From positions 34,746 through 98,745 of the forward strand of contig CDRNVI010000160.1 in NCBI GenBank assembly GCA_977017575.1: DNA of 64,000 nt, written 5' to 3'. This DNA is from Paramoeba atlantica. Taxonomy: Eukaryota; Protista; Discosea. Shown here in pieces: positions 61,378 through 64,000 of the stretch. The notes beneath the pieces were generated by a model. The model made no database searches and had not been told where the DNA came from. It worked only from the letters and a program-made list of their open reading frames with translations. How positions within the stretch are numbered: position 1 is the first letter of the stretch; each line of letters begins with the position of its first letter. Made by a program: the position numbers and the translations under genes.

Positions 61378-62030
61378 TTAAAGTTCATCAAGAGAATTCA
61401 TCGCAGAAGAAGATCGAAAAAGGAGATAAAAAATGGTAATCAAACACAACAAAATAATTGCGTTTGTCAAACAAAACATTAATTTTGGGGGAGAAGAAGA
61501 AGAAGAAGAAACAGAAGAAGAAGAGGTTGAAGAGAGAGACGAGGAGGGAGAGGTATTTTCTTCTGAATGAGATTGTCTTTCTCGTACTTTCTCTTCTTTC
61601 TTTTCTCTCTCTTCTTCTTCCTCTTCTTTCTCTTCTTTCTCTTCCTCTTCTTCTTCCTCTTCTTTCTCTTCTTCTTTTCCCTTTTTCTCCTTACTTTTTC
61701 TCTCTTTTTCCAATCTCCTCTTTTCTAAGTCCCTCAAAAGGTCACGATTGGGAGAAGCAGAAGAAGAGGAAGATGAAGAAGAAGGATTTGAAGAAGAAGA
61801 GTTTTGTTCATCTGCATCTCCAGACATTTGGAGAGGATCATCCTATTTGAAAAAAGGAGGGGTTTGGAAAGGAAGAAAAGAAAGAAAAAAAAAATCGAAA
61901 AAAAAAAAACAACCACAAGAAAAGAGAAAAAGAAAACCTGAACAAAATCAGCATGGACATTGCCAACAACCTCAGAAGGCCAATAAACAGGTTCTACAGG
62001 TTCTCTTAATCGATAGCAAATGCATTGACT
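61378..62030 (-). CDS. Hypothetical tail-anchored protein with Ser-rich and charged segments (5' exons uncertain)
   Basis: ORF 61378..61827 ends in a hydrophobic helix (LMFCLTNAIILLCLITIFYLLF); an upstream open exon near 61945-62030 (CICYRLREPVEPVYWPSEVVGNVHADFVQ) ends at a GT donor. Confidence 0.5.
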
Positions 62031-62451
62031 ATTTCAAGAAAGAATGAGAGAGAGAGAGAGAAAAGGAGAAAAGAAAAAAAAAAGAGAAAAACAAAACTCC
62101 ATCCCCAGAAACAGAAAAAAGTGCAAAAAAGAAAATAAAAGAAACCGTTTTTTTCCAAATAAAGACCTAAACTGTTTTATTTCTTTCGATTTTTGGAGTT
62201 TTTTGGGAAATTTCTTTGAAAACAGAGACGGTTTGTGAAAAGAAAAGGAGTCCCAATTCTCTGCCTTTTGGAGAATCTGAGTCTCGTTCAAGAAGATTTT
62301 GTCTCAAAATCATGTCTTGTTGAAATGTCATTTGCCACTCAAAATTATTAGATTTCAGAATGAAGAAAAAGGGAGGAGATTTTAATCACCAAAAACAAAC
62401 GATTGAATGATTGTCAAGTTCTTCTTTTGAATCTATTTTTTTTTCAGAGTT

Positions 62452-63301
62452 TCATGATTCAAGTTTTTTGGCTGCTTTGACATTAAGAGCCCAATTCCCA
62501 GGTAATTTCTTGACCACAGCTTCAAAAATCAAATCCAAATTTGTATTTGAAAGAGCTGATGTCTCATAATAAGGAATATGTTGACGCTCCATACAAAATT
62601 CAGAAACCAAACTGAAATCCACAGCCCTTTGACATTCACCACTTTCAATTTTATCCAATTTGGAACCAACAACAACCACATAAGGTAAGGATGTCTCACC
62701 TTCAAAAGTGTCAATAAAAGTTTGGTAGATGTCTTTTAAAGAGTTGAAAGAGTCTTGGTTTGTGAGATCGAAAACTAATATTCCTGCAGAAGCTCCTCTG
62801 TAGAATGATCTGCTGAGTGCTTGAAATCTCTCATTTCCTGCAGTATCCCAAATCTATTATTTTTTATTCTTATTATTAGATTGTTGGACAAGGATATGGG
62901 AGAAGTCGATTTGGATATATTCTTTCATATCCATTTGATTCTTCTTCTTATCTTAATAGTTGAAATTTTCTTGAAACTCTCAAAATAATCTCAAAATAAT
63001 CTTCACTCTTTAAAAAAAACAAAAATAAATCTCCAAACCTGAAGACGATAAGCACCATCATCCAAAAACAAATCTTTTATTGCAAAATCAGCACCAATTG
63101 TCGCTCGATACTGTTCACTAAAAGTGTGGGAAACATACTGATTCATAATTGATGTTTTTCCAACTCTAAAAAAAAAAAATGGAAAGTGAAAAAGTTGAAT
63201 CAAAAAGAAAGGGAAGTTCTCAAGAGAGAAAGAAAAGGAAAAACTCACTTTTCGGAGCCAAGTATAACAATTTTTAAGTGGGACTCTTCTGACTTCTCCA
63301 T
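62452..63301 (-). CDS. Rab7-like small GTPase, 3 exons, without C-terminal cysteines
   Basis: LKIVILGSEK|VGKTSIMNQYV, YRATIGADF, IWDTAGNERFQAL, FYRGA, GSKLD, YYETSAL; ends NWALNVKAAKKLES. Confidence 0.88.
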
Positions 63302-64000
63302 TTTAAAAGAAAAAAAAGAAAAGATAGAGAAAAAAAACAAAAGTCCAAAACACAAAACCAAAAAAACTCGACACCTTAAAAACACGCTTTTTTTTGACGC
63401 CGTTTTTTGCAAAAAAAGAAAGTTTCCTTGTTTCCCTCCGAAACCAAGTTTTGCAGCAAAGCTCCTCAAAATCAAAACTTTCTCTCAACATTTCTCTTCT
63501 TTCTCAGATTATTTGGAAAAGAAAATGAAAAAAAAAAAATTGGATCAAATAATGCTCTCATTTGTGGTTTTCAAACCAAGTAAGAGAATGAGAATGAGCT
63601 CTTTTTTGGGGGTATGTGTGAATTTGATTTGTGATCCCTTTTTCAAATAATTTAATTCATTACTTAATTCACTGTTGAAGCTGGAGTTTCAAGAAAATGA
63701 AGTGATTTCAATAAAGAAAAAGAAAATCTATCTTGACAATAAAGGATGAAAATATATTATTTAATGGATTCTATTTTGGGAGATGAAGAGAACAATATTA
63801 TTTTTATTTTAAATAGAAAAAACAAACACAACTTCCAAGGAAGGAAATGAACAAGTCTGAGAAGAGAGGAGAAATATTGTCTTCCAAATTCAAAAATAAA
63901 GGAAGAGAAGAAGCAGGAAAAAAGAGAAGAGAAGAAGAGAGGAAGGAAGAGAGAGAGAAAGGGTTGTATCAATATTCAATATCTTCCATGGGATCTGAAT

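Overview
AT-rich, intron-dense eukaryotic (protist, most likely amoebozoan; inferred from gene families, not verified) genomic DNA with about 25 protein-coding loci, which I assembled by hand from GT-AG splicing because the six-frame track is dominated by spurious poly-Phe/poly-Lys ORFs from T/TC-rich introns. Housekeeping genes: cullin-4, a DOCK-family GEF, MCM5, a START protein, phosphopantetheine adenylyltransferase, lipoate-protein ligase, cytosolic LeuRS, ribosomal P0 and an RNase MRP RNA gene. Unusual items: (1) a shared C-terminal [NQ][IV]K[AP]A[KR] motif on a non-prenylated Ras-like protein, a non-prenylated Rab7-like protein and two ankyrin proteins; (2) a Rho-like GTPase fold with an F-box inserted inside it; (3) a 2049-aa REJ/GPS single-pass surface protein with about 87 PAPSP(V/I) repeats; (4) a Frizzled/Smoothened-like 7TM gene with intact splicing but no ATG and an in-frame TGA, followed by a perfect 40-bp palindrome; (5) an intronless bacterial-type DesI/VioA sugar aminotransferase; (6) a candidate antisense gene nested in a lipoate-ligase intron; (7) an 8-Cys secreted micropeptide; (8) a duplicated ankyrin gene bracketed by ~125-bp inverted repeats. 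No CRISPR arrays, rRNA, tRNA or transposase genes were recognised.
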